Assembly (NCBI GenBank): GCA_029953675.1
Contig: JAMWBK010000010.1
Span: 1,550,001 to 1,614,000, forward strand
Direction of reading: 5' to 3'
DNA: 64,000 bases
Source: Rhodosorus marinus CCMP1338
Lineage: Eukaryota; Plantae; Rhodophyta
Made by a program: the position numbers and the translations under genes. The notes under the pieces were generated by a model. That model was not told where the DNA came from. It made no database searches and saw only the letters and a list, made by a program, of their open reading frames with translations. Below are positions 24,534 through 37,591 of the stretch, piece after piece (position 1 is the stretch's first letter; each line of letters starts with the position of its first letter).

Positions 24534-25799
24534 CCTGGAGTGGCGCGATCACTCTCAGAAAGCACATATCTTTGGACTGTCTTCGGATGAGTAGCAATAA
24601 TATGCGGTCGCGGGAGGTAGTTCTGGGAGTAGCTTTCTAGTTCTTGTTTAATGTCGATAAGGCTCCATCGGTTCAGTCATCGCGCCAGTTCCGTGCAGAT
24701 TTCGTAGTCCAGTCGGACACAAAAAACAAGTGATATACACCATTAGCACCTTGTGTAATACGACAACTCGTACACTTCTCAGTCGTACCGAATCGGCAAT
24801 CCCAACAGCTGTGGTATGTTGACCCGCATTTGAGTGGTGTTTAATTCTCTCAGCCCGAGCGTCGGCAAATCCTGGTGCCAGACTCCCCATCCGCGGCCCC
24901 CACCGAAACGAGTTCGGGCCCGATCATCCGGAGAAACCCTCGTGTGCACACATTCGAGGGTCACAACCAAGCGTTGGAAAGCCAAAACCGAGAAAGGGGG
25001 AAGCAAATCGGCTCGGGGGCAACAGAGGAAACCCACCAAAGTACAAGCAGGTATTGCAGATGTCCTATTTTTCTTTTTGTGGCTCCCTTAATCCAGTATA
25101 CATCCTATTCAGTCTTAATGACGTTAGATAGTCCGTTAGTGCAAAAGTTAAAAGGCAGCAAGGGAGGGGCCGAGGCCCAGGATTATCAACTACTTGCTCC
25201 TCGACTCGAATGCCAAGTCACCAAAGCTTGCGCAACTTTTTCCCGCACCGCAAGCGTTTTGAATGCGAGACATCTTAAGAGATCCGCGGGTTAATGAACG
25301 AGCCATGCGGTTAACGTAGCAGCAACACTTTTCCGTTTTAGTTCTTAGCTACCGGTTTTTATCAGAGGCTAACTACCCAGAGAGCACTAAACTAGCGAAG
25401 ATGCATGTTAAGCGCTTCAAAAATAATGCGGCTTTTTATTCGCCGCAACTTTGTCTGCGTGCATAAGCTTTGAACTTTGAAACTGCTCACTGGCCTTATG
25501 AAAGCCAGTAGCTAGGTAGAGCAAGCTGGAGGATAGCTTTTGTTTGCCTTCTTCAGATGTAACGTTCACCAATCCTTCTTCTTGCTTTTCATGCAACCTA
25601 CGTTGCTGGACTCCGTTTGAGAGCCGAGGGCAAGAAGCCGGACTGACGGAGACGAAGAGAGACTGCTATACAGGAGAGTTCATTTGACCAACGGTTGCTC
25701 CACCGCAAGTTCAATTCGAGCAGCTCGTATTTCATATTTATAAGTTGATGGTGTTTATCAATTCGACTAAATCTGAGCAGGTTCCATGCAATCTTCATG

Positions 25800-26100
25800 A
25801 ATACATTGAGTCGGGCCCTCCCGTTTCTTGAAGAGGATAGTTTTTATGAGGGATCGCCAACTGCCCGAGCATCTGGGGCTTTCGATTGCCCAGTTGACCT
25901 TCTGGACGCCTTGTCTACCTCATGACAAGCTTTCGATCCAGGCTGAGCATCAATGATTAAAATTGTGCGTCCTGCAACCGCTTCCTCAGGATATCTCTCT
26001 TCTGGCTTTCAAACCACTTGTTCATCCCACCACGCCTATTCTAGTTTCTAAGCTTTGCACCTTTGCGAGGAGTGAGAAACGGGGCCGGGTTCAAGGTGGG
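25800..26100 (-). mobile_element. Possible pogo/Tigger (DDE_1) transposase relic
   Basis: One frame reads AWWDEQVV*KPEERYPEEAVAGRTILIIDAQPG, resembling the DDE_1 AWMD.....W and ..LLILD....H segments. Heavily degraded. Confidence 0.3.
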
Positions 26101-26559
26101 CACGCAAGCAACAGTATTCCGAAGCTGCGCCCTACAGCGTAAAGTTCGCCCGCTCATGTTCTCAGCAACTAAGCGCCTTAAACGCTAGTGATGAACCGCT
26201 TCGTTGTTTTCCTTCTATCCTGTGCTTACATGCTGCACCCAGGTAGCAAAGCATGACTCCATCTCCCACTTTTCGCGGAAACGCGGAGTGGGGCATCAGG
26301 GTTCTTCCTCTGAAAGGCAAACTCATCAAAAGCCCGATTGTCTCGCACTAGGGGTGGCAAGAGATCGGTTGATTCAAAGTGGGTGATTTCCGAATGCTTA
26401 GCAAAGGCGGTCTCAAGCGTTTACGTCGTTGAGGCCCTCCAGATAGCCAACTCACGAGGACACCTCACCAGTGACAGACAAGTTCAGCCTTCTGCAGCTC
26501 TTTTCTAGAAAATTTCCGGAGCTCGAGAGCTTCAAGCTCTATTCCTGCTCCTCCGAATG

Positions 26560-27069
26560 CTATCTGATCTTTACTGGTTTGAATTCAATAGTACCCCCAC
26601 TACTCGAACGTTTCGGAGATCCGCGAGTGATGTATTCCCCATCTTTCATCATACGATGTAGAGTTGAGCGTGGCACGGAAATCGCTTTGCTGAGGTTACG
26701 GAGTGAATCTCTCTGGCCTTGAGGCACATCCTTGACCTTTTCCATCGTCTCTGACCAGTCCTTCTTCTTTCTTCCGCTACGACCTGGCTTCCTCGATGAG
26801 ACGTCTACTTCATAGTTCCCTTGTTCCAAAGACTCTCGTGCTCGCTTCCATAAACGCGAAATTGTCTGTCTGCTTACACCAAAGCGGGCTGCTGCGTCGT
26901 TTACTGCGTTCTTCTTTAACTTACCTCCCTCTCGACGACAGAGGAGGAAATAAATAATGCCCTGACGCTCTGTAGTAGTTAATTCCTTGTATTTTTCTTT
27001 CCCAATTCGCACTTCACCAGCCAAACATAATTCCGAAGACATTTGACTAAACTTTTCTTTTTGGATCAC
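26560..27069 (-). mobile_element. Mariner-like transposase (plant/oomycete DD39D type): N-terminal HTH region, internally deleted and truncated
   Basis: GKLKKNAVNDAAARFGVSRQTISRLWKR, VDVSSRKPGRSGRK, QRDSLRNLSKAISVPRSTLHR, then KRSSSGGTIEFKPV (cf. KRSS.NR..GT.E.KPV). The DEKWF segment that normally lies between them is absent. Confidence 0.85.
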
Positions 27070-27708
27070 CGATCAAACGGTCAGGTCATCAGTAATCCTC
27101 TACATCAACGTCTAGGACAGCTCATTTTAGATGGAGCCCGAAGCGCGTACCCCATTTTTTTGTGTTGCCCCCTCACGTCGGTAACAGCTATTCCTCACCA
27201 GAACTGATTTCTTCCAAAGGCAGAATAGAAAGCTCATCAACCGAAGAATCATTCCTGTCTCTTCATACAAGAATGGTCAGAAGCCCTGAACTATTCCGTG
27301 AAGAATGCTCTGCATACATTGCTTCACTCGGACGAAATTGATGCCACAATTTCTGCCCAACTGCGCCAGAATGATATCTCTCAATCCGACTGATAAAGAA
27401 AGACTTGGCATTGAACTGACCACATTGCTCCGGGGGGGAGGGAAGGAATTGAATAAATAAACCACTCAGTCGATGCAAGAAATCCATCCATTCGGGTTCA
27501 TTTTCTGAGAAACGCGCGATGAAAGTGTATGTCGATGATGATTATTTTCGCACGTACATTGTATAAGTGGTTGAGGACCAACCATGCCTAGAAAAGGTGT
27601 TTGAAAGAAATCAGGTCACAAGGAGCTTGGTTGTTGCTGTAGGCATCGAGATTTAATGGGTGATCTTCAAGATTTTGCGTGTCAGCTAGAGAACCCCTAA
27701 TTTCTCAA

Positions 27709-30700
27709 ATGTCGTGCGCCGATCGTTTAGTACAAATCTATGAAAACGGTGGTAATGGCCATGCCATCGAAGATTTCGTGAATGGGTTGAAGGAGAAGGA
27801 GCGGAAGACGCTGCTGACGGAACTTAAGATTCGGGTCGGCGCAAGCCACGCGTCAGTTATTTCTCTCTTCCGCGCCGAGGTGAGCAAACGCTTTTGAAGA
27901 TCTAACTGAGCAGCCTGAGATACGGGGGCGCAGGGATTGAGTGTTTGTGGGTATTCTGATTTTATGATGTAGGTAGCCTGCTCGTTTTTGAGGCCTTTTG
28001 CGATCGTGACGGTTGCTGTTTCTACTGCCAATTCAACTTTTTCAACGGCTTCCGTCGAGAGCTATATAAGGGAAGCGCAGATTGGACTACTGGAGATCCC
28101 CTATGATACGTCTCTGAGCAGACAAGAAAAAGTTGACGAGCTCAATTTAATCGCAAATGTACGCATAGAATCCACGACGGGAGTGTCCTCCCTGGGTGCT
28201 CTCGGCGTAAAAGCACCCAGGGAGGACACCCAACTAGTCAGCCCGTGAGTGCTGTCACACGGGTATTCATAATAGTATATTGCTCACAAATCTAAGCAGG
28301 ATATCCTCGATCAAATCGAGCGGGAACGTATTTCAAGGTGGCACTTTGGAGCTATAGACATCGCCCTGGCTGCAGTCCGCTGCGCGACAGATCAGGGTCT
28401 CCAGCCTGGTGAGCGAAAACACGTTTCACCTTCACGATCTCGTGACAGCTGGTGACCAGGTTTTCAACCAACTGACACTAGCTCGGATCTCACGAGTCTG
28501 CAGATGGACAAATATCCAGCGATGCGATAGTCTCGAGAGTATTGGACTGGCCGTGGACCACAGCGACGTCAGCGGGACTGTTGGATGCTCTTGGCACAGT
28601 TAGCTTGGCCGAAACAAGTCAGAGCAAGCTGTTTAAAAAGCTGAGGGCTATTCTCAACCAGACAACATCGGCCGAGGAAGAGTTCTTCATTCTTGGGAAG
28701 CAGATCATTGGTATGCCCTCGTTCGCTCAAAAGAAACCGGACATTACCGGCAACGGCTATGCAACTGAACGGAGAAAACTCTTTTACGCTTCGACAAGGC
28801 ATGTGGGTGAACTTCAAGGGGCTCAGAATCAAAGAATGGGCGGATCTTGTTCGATATGCGATTCACGCTCCGCCCGACTCCGTTTGCGGTGACCTCCTAT
28901 GTGTGGTTGAGATCGAGGTCAGTGGAGCAGCGTCTGCCGGGACAAGCATTCTGGAGAACTACGAGTGTCTCCCCCACCGATTCGACGGGGGTTTGAGTGG
29001 AAGGGACTTGGCTTTAATCCTCACAGTTTCGCGAGCGGACGATTTGTTTTTAGATGATGCCATGAAAATTGCAACAAACATGTTTCTCGTTCCGGACGAT
29101 CTAATCCTGCATCCAACTGGAGAAGGATCTTCGTCCCCCTCTAATCCAAGCATCACCAGTCGACGGCGGCTTTTGAATGACGCCCTTAAACTTCCGGGTA
29201 TGGAGCGCAGTGCTCGCACTGTGCTAGAACTTGCAGAATCTTGGATTGCAAACAGACGAGCGCTCTTGCCGGAGCTTGGTGTCGAAGCGTTTGTTACGGT
29301 GTTCGCCTTACAGCCCCATGCCAGGGATGAGGTGTTATCTGAAGTCCTCGCAACGTTGTCGGAGAGCTCTACCTCAAGGAAGGTTGCCATGTCGATGATT
29401 AACATCTTGGAGCAACTGTCGTCCACGCTTCGCGGGACCATGAGGGATCATTTGAGCCGAGTCCAAGGTTGGATTGACTATGTTGCAGACCTGCCCCTGG
29501 ACTACGCAAGGAGGGTACTGGCAGCTCTCGCTCCGTTCGCCTCTCTCTCCCCTGCATTTGGGGACAAGCTGCTAACCAAGCTACAGAAGTTGGCTGCTTC
29601 ACGAGATCATTCGAAGAAGTCTGTCGCTGTTTATGGCCTCGCAGAATTAGTACCGCATCTCTCACAAGGAAGCGAAGGCCTAGTTGAAAGTGCAATAGAT
29701 GCTCTTCGTGTGGCGTTGCGGCGTGGGACAGTAGATGTCCGTGCGCACGTGTATTTGGGCACTTTAGGAGTGGCGGACAGCATCGTCTTGGGACCAGAAT
29801 CGAATGCTCTAAGGGAACTTCGACAAGAGCTTATGAGGAGGCTTGCTACCGTTACGGATTCCTCAGGACGGCTAGTTGTGGATAAGATTCTGGTCAATAT
29901 ATGCGGCCGTCCCTCCGTTCGTGAACCCATTCCAGAGCTCCTGGTATGCATCTCGCGGATTTGCGGGGCTGGTACTGTGCAACCAATGGTTGAACAATGG
30001 TTGCGCCCGACGGAAGAAACGTTCGCAGAGTTTCCTGAGAACGAACCGTACTGCTCCTTGTGGTCGAACGTGGTACTCGGTGCTTGCGCAGCTCTTATCG
30101 AAAGCGGGGTACTCACCAGCGATTCTCAGGCCTTGGAAATGCTGGATGCTATGATCCGAGTGAAAACCAGACCGCGAAGGCACAAGAAGAGGAAGAAGAG
30201 CCTCAATGCGTCCATCGATCCCATAGCGGATTCAGCAGAGAATTCCGGGATATCTCATTCGGAGTCCAACACTGCGGCTTCCAGCGGCAACGCACCAGAA
30301 CATGTGGGAGATCTTCTGGAAGTGGAAGAGAGAGCGTCGCCCTTGTCCCTGAAAACTGCACTCGGCTTGGCTGAAAGGATCGACGATGGAACCAGAGTCG
30401 ATTCAGTTTTTCCTCTAATGGAGATCATCCTCGAGCATCTCAATACTAACGGAAACAAGATTGGATGGGGAACTACCAAGAGGCTGCTGAAAGCTTCCGT
30501 GAAGTGGCTCGTGATCACCAAGTCAGAGCTCGGGATTGTAGATCCCATTCCGATCCACGAGAGCATCGTGACTACACCCGTTTCAATGTTTAAGAAGCTG
30601 TTCTTCGGAGAAGTGAACAGCGCAGTCACGAAGCGTGAGAAATTACAAGTTCCTCCGTCCAGCGTCGGGTCCAGCGCGACGGAAGAGCGCAACGACGCGA

Positions 30701-32736
30701 CAATTCCACTGCGACAAAACTTGGTTTTAATCCTGCGTTTCGTGACCGAGAAGTTCGGCGTCACCGCTGGAAGAGCAGAGCCTGCCGTCTCGTCTGCTGT
30801 AAAGCCCCTGATAGGAGATACTGCCATCATCGGACGGTATCAAACGCCCGAGTTCGAAACAACCGCGGATGGAGTTCTCCTTGCTCTCTGCTGCCAGTTT
30901 GACGCGGATTTTACCCGTTCAATGACAGTCCAGCTGTCTACTATCTACCTCTCGTCAATGCAGTCGTTACTGAAGCACGCCAGTGATTCTGCACTGGTAC
31001 GTTCATGGGCGACGCGACAATCGCCCCTCTCTCTTCGCTTGCTTGGGGTGGGGGTGGGGGAAGGGAGCGGATGAACAAAGTTTGATAAGTACGGATTATG
31101 GCAACCACTGAGCTGTCTCTTGATGTTCTTCCTTTTGCCACAGAAATTCTTAAGCGGCGTCATGTTCGAGATTCTCGCGGAGTATGTCATTACGCAACCC
31201 AGCGTTCTACGCGGAGTGCTTCTTGTGCTGTACAACTCGATGGAGATTGAGCAAGGCATTATCCTGGCGGCCACCCTTCTGCTGGATGGAAGAGATCGCG
31301 CATCACCCGAAAAGAAAGGGTATCGTTTTGCCGTCCTTATTTCTCCGAATAGCAGACCGCTTGGGCCGATTTGATCCACTTTCAGATAGTAGTTCTAACC
31401 GCATATCGCTTCTGGACCGAATCTGTGGTGACGCAGGTTACTAACGGATAGAAAGCCATCTCGGATCTCCCCACGCAATGCAGGAGCCGAACAGTTCAAT
31501 CTTGTCCAGCTGTCCGACAATGAAGTGGAAGAACGTGCCAAGAGCCTGGCCTTAGGGAGGGATGAGCGTTGCCGAACTTGTGTTCTATCCAGTGCGTTGA
31601 CGTTTCTCAGCGAGTAAGTTCGGAAAGGATGACCGGAAGATGGTCCAGGGACCCTGTTTTTAACTGACAGGACCCAACTTTCAAACCTTCGTTAGGGCGC
31701 TCTCTGTGGCCGTGAAGGGTGAGGCACTGCTTGTGGATGTCATCAGAGGTGTTTCTGGAGCTGTTGGGGCTCTGCTTCTGCAGTCGAACACCAAGTCGAT
31801 GATTCATGTTGGCGATGGTGCGCATGGAGGGAATTCATCAGGGCAGCTACCTTATTCCGTTGCTTCGCAAGCTATGTCAATCGTTTCTACCTTGTTCAGG
31901 CACGCCACTGCTCAGTGCGACAAGATTGTTTCGTCCACAAAAAGGGGCGCTGCACTTGCAGAGCAAGAAGCTATTGAGGCAGGTTTAAGTGTTTTGCAAA
32001 ACATCGTTGAAGATTTTTCCATCCGTAGGTGAGTTTCTTCCGCTGCTCTAGGATGAACGAAAGGCGCACCTATCTTTGACGGAATGCGGATTTCACTCCG
32101 CCCGTGAGTGTTCTCGCACCGTCATAGGAAGTCAGCTGAAATTCGTACTAACTCTTCTTCGACTTGGCAGCGGAGGGCAGGGGCTTTTCAGATGTTTTCT
32201 GGCGAGCCTGGCGACCAGCCTACAGCCGGGAAACACATTGATTATGAGGTCACGTTATCAAATTGAGCGTTTAGAGGCAGCGCTGAGGACCCTGTTCCAG
32301 CTTGATCCTTCAAAGTTCGGAGGTCTAGAAGGAGCCCGCGACATCCTCCTCCGGCTGCAACGTTCATACAGTGATTGTACTGCAAAGGTTTCAGCCAAGG
32401 ATATGATCTCGATTGGTGGGCATAAATTAGCAAAGAAGCGGAAGAAGTACGTAGGACGAGGAATGGCTTTTTGGACACGGAAACGAGATGCACGGTTCAA
32501 TCCTTCGGCTCAAGTGATATTTCCATTTGCTCTCGTTTTGAATGGTCCGCAGGAGACGGGTACGGAGTAGAAACGCGTACGTCGATGAATGGTTGCACGA
32601 GGACGATGGACTCGATACCTTTGCCGATCTCGAAGACTTTATTGTCCCAAGGGACAATGAACCTGGTGAAAATGACAGGTTCACCGGCGAGGAGTTTGAT
32701 TTGAGTGTTTCTAGAGGGAGCAACATGGATATCTAG
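27709..32736 (+). CDS. FANCI: Fanconi anemia group I protein homolog (multi-exon, 793-aa central ORF)
   Basis: EVLSEVL...SRVQGWIDYVADLPLDYARRVLAALAP...DKLLTKLQKLAASRDHSKKSVAVYGL, ALRRGTVDVRAHVYLG and SVREPIPELLVCI align by eye with FANCI solenoid motifs. C-terminal SRNAYVDEWL..D.FADLEDFIV resembles plant FANCI tails. Confidence 0.85.
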
Positions 32737-33008
32737 AAGGTATTCTTTTCCGTCGCTGAGCGTACATGCTTTCTCGATACGGCGTTACTCGGGACTAGCC
32801 TGTTGTGTTAGCTTAGGGGTATAGCTTGTGTGGGGAGAGTCTTTCGGTCTTCTTGTCTGTGCTCTCATAATTTAATATTTATGTACAGTATTTGTATCCT
32901 AGGGCCCATGCTCAGTGAGTAAGCATGGAAGGATCACTTTGGAACTTCTAGTTTTCCTCTATCTAAATCCCAGTCGCATCCGCAGGTGCCAAGCCCATAC
33001 TAGACCTA

Positions 33009-34614
33009 TTAATCTGAGTACCACACTCCCGCGTCGTAGTCTTCAAAGTCATCATCTACCGTTCGCATGGAAGCCGCATCAAACGCTCTGATCGGGTCAG
33101 TGCCGCTCTTCCGTACGGGAAGGGTGCTTGTGCGGTCACGAATAGGTTCGCTCCGTTCCGGAACTCGAGCGCTCTCGATTGTGGCCTCACCCGCTGCGGG
33201 GACCGATCGTTCCTCAGCTGGTGCTACTTCCTCAGTATCTGTAGAATCGCGGCTGCACCCCGGGGGAGCATTCGAGGCCTTCCTCCTCCTCTGGGCGCTG
33301 TGCATTAAGAACATTCTGTACGGAGCTGAAGCAACATCCTGAGGCTCTGCCTCGGGCCATCCATTCAACACCAGGTTCTCCAACTTTTCCAATTCCCCAG
33401 ATTTCTGCAGTTTCTCGATCGCCTCATGGTCAGGGACAGCTTCCAGATACTCTTGACTGTTGTCTTCCTTCTCCAATTCTGCTATAGCATCAGCTTCCTC
33501 AACGACCGTGTGCCGAACTGCTTCAATGACCGGACTGAAGTCGGACTGCGGGGTTTTCGTCAAACTAGGTGAGTATCATCTGCTGGAGAATTGTCTATGC
33601 ATTGTATTGAACACTACCTCCATAAAAGCAATAGAGTGAGACTGTCTATTGTTGAACTTGATCTGTGCATCTGCGTTCGGGTGGTTGGGGACACGAGTTT
33701 TACGCCGGGAAGAGCAACAAAGGAAGAATTACATGTTAGCTTCCAGAGGAAGTGGACCGGCATTGATAACCGGGCTCGGTTTGTAAATAGCTCTTCGTTA
33801 CCCAGTGTTCGCTCCAAGATTATAGCTAAACGCTGCAGAGAGAACCCAGCTGCTAATAATTGCAAATGGCCAATTTCTTCAGGGTCAACTCCCGGTTTGA
33901 TATGTGCCACGGCGTGATGGACTTCAAACATAGACGTCACATTGGATTCCTCAGACAAGCTCTTTCACCCAGAGGGATGCACGTTTGTTAGGGTCAGAGG
34001 AGAATCCGTTGACCACTCTGATTAGGAGGCTTATCGGGCTTTTCCGAACCTTGATAACGATTAGAATTCTCAACGCTGACACAAGCTCCTCAATCACTGC
34101 GAATCCATCTCCTGGGACGTAGCCTCCCATGACTGTTAAGGCCTCCGTTTGGCCTCGAAGAAGGGCGCTAACGTACTGCTCGATACTCGCAGATTCCAAC
34201 GAGACATAGCTGCACACATCATCTGCGTTCCTCTAAGCAGAAAACAAGAATTTGGAGGAGCTGTTCACTGCCAAGTCATTCGACAACAATTACGCTCTAG
34301 TCTTCCTGAGTATTCAACGAGATGGAGATACGAACCATGATCTGAGATTCAGCTCGCTGTTGCGCGCTATTGAAACTGACCAGAAAATTGATTGATGACT
34401 TCTTCTCCCACAGCAAAGCGGCGAGACATTCAGCGGCTGCAGGGGTCATCGACTCTAGAGCGGGATAGCTCCTTTGCAGTTTCTGTACAAGCATAACAGC
34501 TCTCGTATACCCTTTCCCGATCCCAAGCTGTTCGGCGCTACATCTGACAGCTTTGCGAACTGTCCTTCTCCGACCGCGCAAACCCGGACAATTGACAAAC
34601 GTGGGGTCTACCAT
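33009..34614 (-). CDS. Hypothetical multi-exon protein, possibly plastid-targeted
   Basis: Co-oriented ORFs 34297..34614, 33951..34217, 33614..33958 and 33009..33563 flanked by GT/AG signals. N-terminus MVDPTFVNCPGLRGRRRTVRKAVRCSA is Arg-rich and transit-peptide-like. No domain recognised. Confidence 0.6.
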
Positions 34615-35931
34615 TTCGTTGGACGTGGAATAAAACCTGCTCGAAAGCCGCGCTTAAATGAATACTCCAAACGCTTCACAGAGCCAGAGTCCGTTCGCCA
34701 GAGCGCCTTACATGTATCTCATCGACTGGCATATAGCTCTGGCCACCTCCCAACTTCTATTTACCCCGCTCTTACTCAGAATAGACCCGAAGCTTAACAG
34801 CTCTAACCAATCCAATTCCTAGTTGCAGTTATCTCCGATACGAGACAGACCTACAAGCCTTTTGCAATCGTGTCTGCCTCCTCAAAGCCAGGTGCTACTG
34901 AAAGAGCTGCGGTCGAACGGGTGAAAGAATGTTAGCTTCTTAAATTTAGGCTTCATCCTTCTATAATGAACTTTTCCAATGATCGGAGCTTTAACCGGAT
35001 AGTCCTTGACGATCCCGGCTTTCGATTCACCGCGGGACCGTTGCCATGATTGAGGAAGATCCTGTGAGAAGAAAAACTACTGAGAGATTTTAGTTGAAAC
35101 TTGCCCTCGGGCATAGTGGACGCGCTGAGTCTGTCTGGAGTTGTATTGTCTCTTCGTCGCTCCCAGCACCGCGCCTGGGAAGGCACTTGGTAGGTTTCCT
35201 TCAAATGACATGGATATGCTTAGGCTTTAGCATTCCCAATCTTGTGGGAGCGTATATCAGCCTTCGACTTTCACTGATCCATTCTCTCCGTTCATCGACA
35301 GCTTTTGAGAGCGTTTCCTCTTACTTGGAATAGCCATTACAAAGGACGATCAATAGATTCTAGTTACCGCTGATACTCCGGGAAAACCTTGTTCCAACAG
35401 AAGCGGGTTTTGAGAACCCCGCTCCGGAAGATTCGCTTCCCGAGTTCAGTAGGGATGAGGACTAACTGGCCAAAACCGTGCACCTCCAGCACGGGCCAGA
35501 ACTACTGAGCGTGCCCGCATGAAGATAATCCCTATGTACACGGTATTTACCGATGTATTTTTAGGGTTCCATGCACAATGATTTTGTCGGTGGAATGGCA
35601 AGAGCGGTCGGCACCGGCCCCGCCACCGTACGAAAACGGGTAGCTCAAGCGATAGGACGTCGACCAGCTGGAAGCTAGGTTAAGACGCAGCACCGCGAAC
35701 GTCGTTGAAATTTTGAGGGACATCAGATTCGAGATCAAAGGGGTTGGCAGGAAGCCTCAAATCGATTCAGCCATTGGAAGTTAGGTGGGATTCCTTTTTG
35801 TGCCTTTTGAGAAGATCTGTCTAGGGAAAGAGTGGATCGCGCTGTTTTGAAACTTGCGTTGGGACTGTTGGTCTATCTGGACTTAATCTGTCCCGTGGCC
35901 ACTGCGGCCGCCCTTGAGGGCTCTCGTTAGA

Positions 35932-37591
35932 ATGGCGGTTCATATTGGGATTGGTACGTACGAGGGGTCTGTCTGTGGGTTGGGGTTGAAACCCAGTGAG
36001 TCAGCAGATTTGGAGTTGCAGTATGGGTACACTCCGCATTCTGGGTAAGGCCTCTGCGTCCGTCGGCAGTAAATCCGTTTCCAATCTCAGAAGCTTTTCC
36101 CGATAGCTGAATGGATGTTTGGCGGAATTCATGCTTGTAGGACTGTAAGAGATATTGTCGTGGATGGATCAATGATGATGTCTGCTGGTGCCGATGACTT
36201 TATCCGTATATACAATGTTCAGAAGCGGAAAGAGGTATGCGTATCTGTTTACTGCTCATGTGAAGGCAATCTGAAAACCTGAGTTGGACATTTATTCTTC
36301 CCTCTGAACAAGGTTTGTGCTTTCCCCTTGTGGTACAGGTTGGAGTTTTGGTGCAACACAATGGCCCCGTTAACTGCTTGGACATTCTTCATCGTAAGTA
36401 CGCTCTAAGTGGAGGCGATGATGGAGAACTTTGCGTTTGGCGCAGTCGGGGTAGGACACTGTACAAGCACAAAGGCAGATGTCGATCTGTTGGTAGCGTG
36501 AGGACACGCAGTAGCTCATGGAAGCCCTACTTCGTTTGCTTGATTAGATTGGGAACTGTTGCGGCGACTCCGTGCCCACAAAAAGCCCGTACTTGATGCA
36601 AAATTTCATCCATCTGGTGCGGCTGCGGTCACCATCGGAGGAGATCGAAAGCTGAAACTCTGGGACATTGTTAGGGCGCATGAGGCGTTTGGAACGGTAA
36701 TCTCAATAGTGTCTTGGATGACTTCCTGGACTCTCTCCTTCTTCAGATCCCTCATCAGTCGAAGAAGACCTGTCCCTGACATCTGACACCTCTATGTTTG
36801 CATGCACAGGCTCTGGAGAATGATGCACGACAGGTTGAGTGGATGAGTGAAGGAGACCGTTTCGCAATCGCACACGGTCGCAAGATATCTGTTTTCGAGA
36901 CAGAGAAAGGCTCGATCTTCTGTGATATGGAACTTCCAAAGAAGGTTCTTTCTATGGCAGTTATCAACCGCAGCAGAATTGCAGCTGTATGTGAAGGGGC
37001 TCAAATACAGGTACGAACACGTCTTACCCATGCACAAATGGAATTCCGGATGCTGAGCATTTCCCTCTTGAAGATCCTCGACTTGAGAACAGAGAAAGAA
37101 GCTATGAATTTTGGCGGGCATTCGAACAGAATCGTCGGAATCTCTGCTGTGGGAACGCTCCTGTTCAGTGCCGACTGTCGAGGCTCTGTTCGGGTACGCA
37201 TGATATCAAAGGCGCAGAACGAAATATTCTTCTTGCATTTTTTCTCGCTCTGAGCATCTGTACATTGTGGAATGCTCATGGCATGCTCGTGGCGTTGTGA
37301 TGGCAGGGCTGGGTGATGGAGAAGACTCGACAACCTCTCTGTGAGAAGACGTTAGGCAAGAGAATCAACACTCTATGTTCAGGCACTATGAGCGACGATT
37401 CTGAGGGAAATGCTCTTGAAATGCCAGCGCCTGAAGAAAACGAACACGCGGATGAGGAACCTGCTGCTGCGGGTTCGGATGATTCAGAAGCGGAAGACAA
37501 AGCACTGAAGGAACGAGGGGCTAGAAAAAGCTCAAAGACAAGAAAATCTTTGAAAAAGAACCGCGAAAAGAGAAGGGCTCGGCTCCAATGA
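35932..37591 (+). CDS. PAK1IP1: PAK1IP1/MAK11 WD40 60S ribosome biogenesis factor
   Basis: MAVHIGIGTYEGSVCG...YTPHSG|TVRDI..SAGADDFIRIY..|..QHNGPVNCL..SGGDDGELCVW..|..AHKKPV..FHPSGAAAVTIGGDRKLKLWD; acidic/basic low-complexity tail. Confidence 0.9.

Noticed and set aside
27120-27150. Possible mariner TIR (CTCCATCTAAAATGAG on the minus strand)
   Set aside because: Only loosely similar to Stowaway-type ends, and no partner repeat was found on the other side.
29399-31379. Many long antisense or overlapping ORFs within FANCI (and similarly within other genes)
   Set aside because: Shadow ORFs of coding sequence with no motifs of their own.
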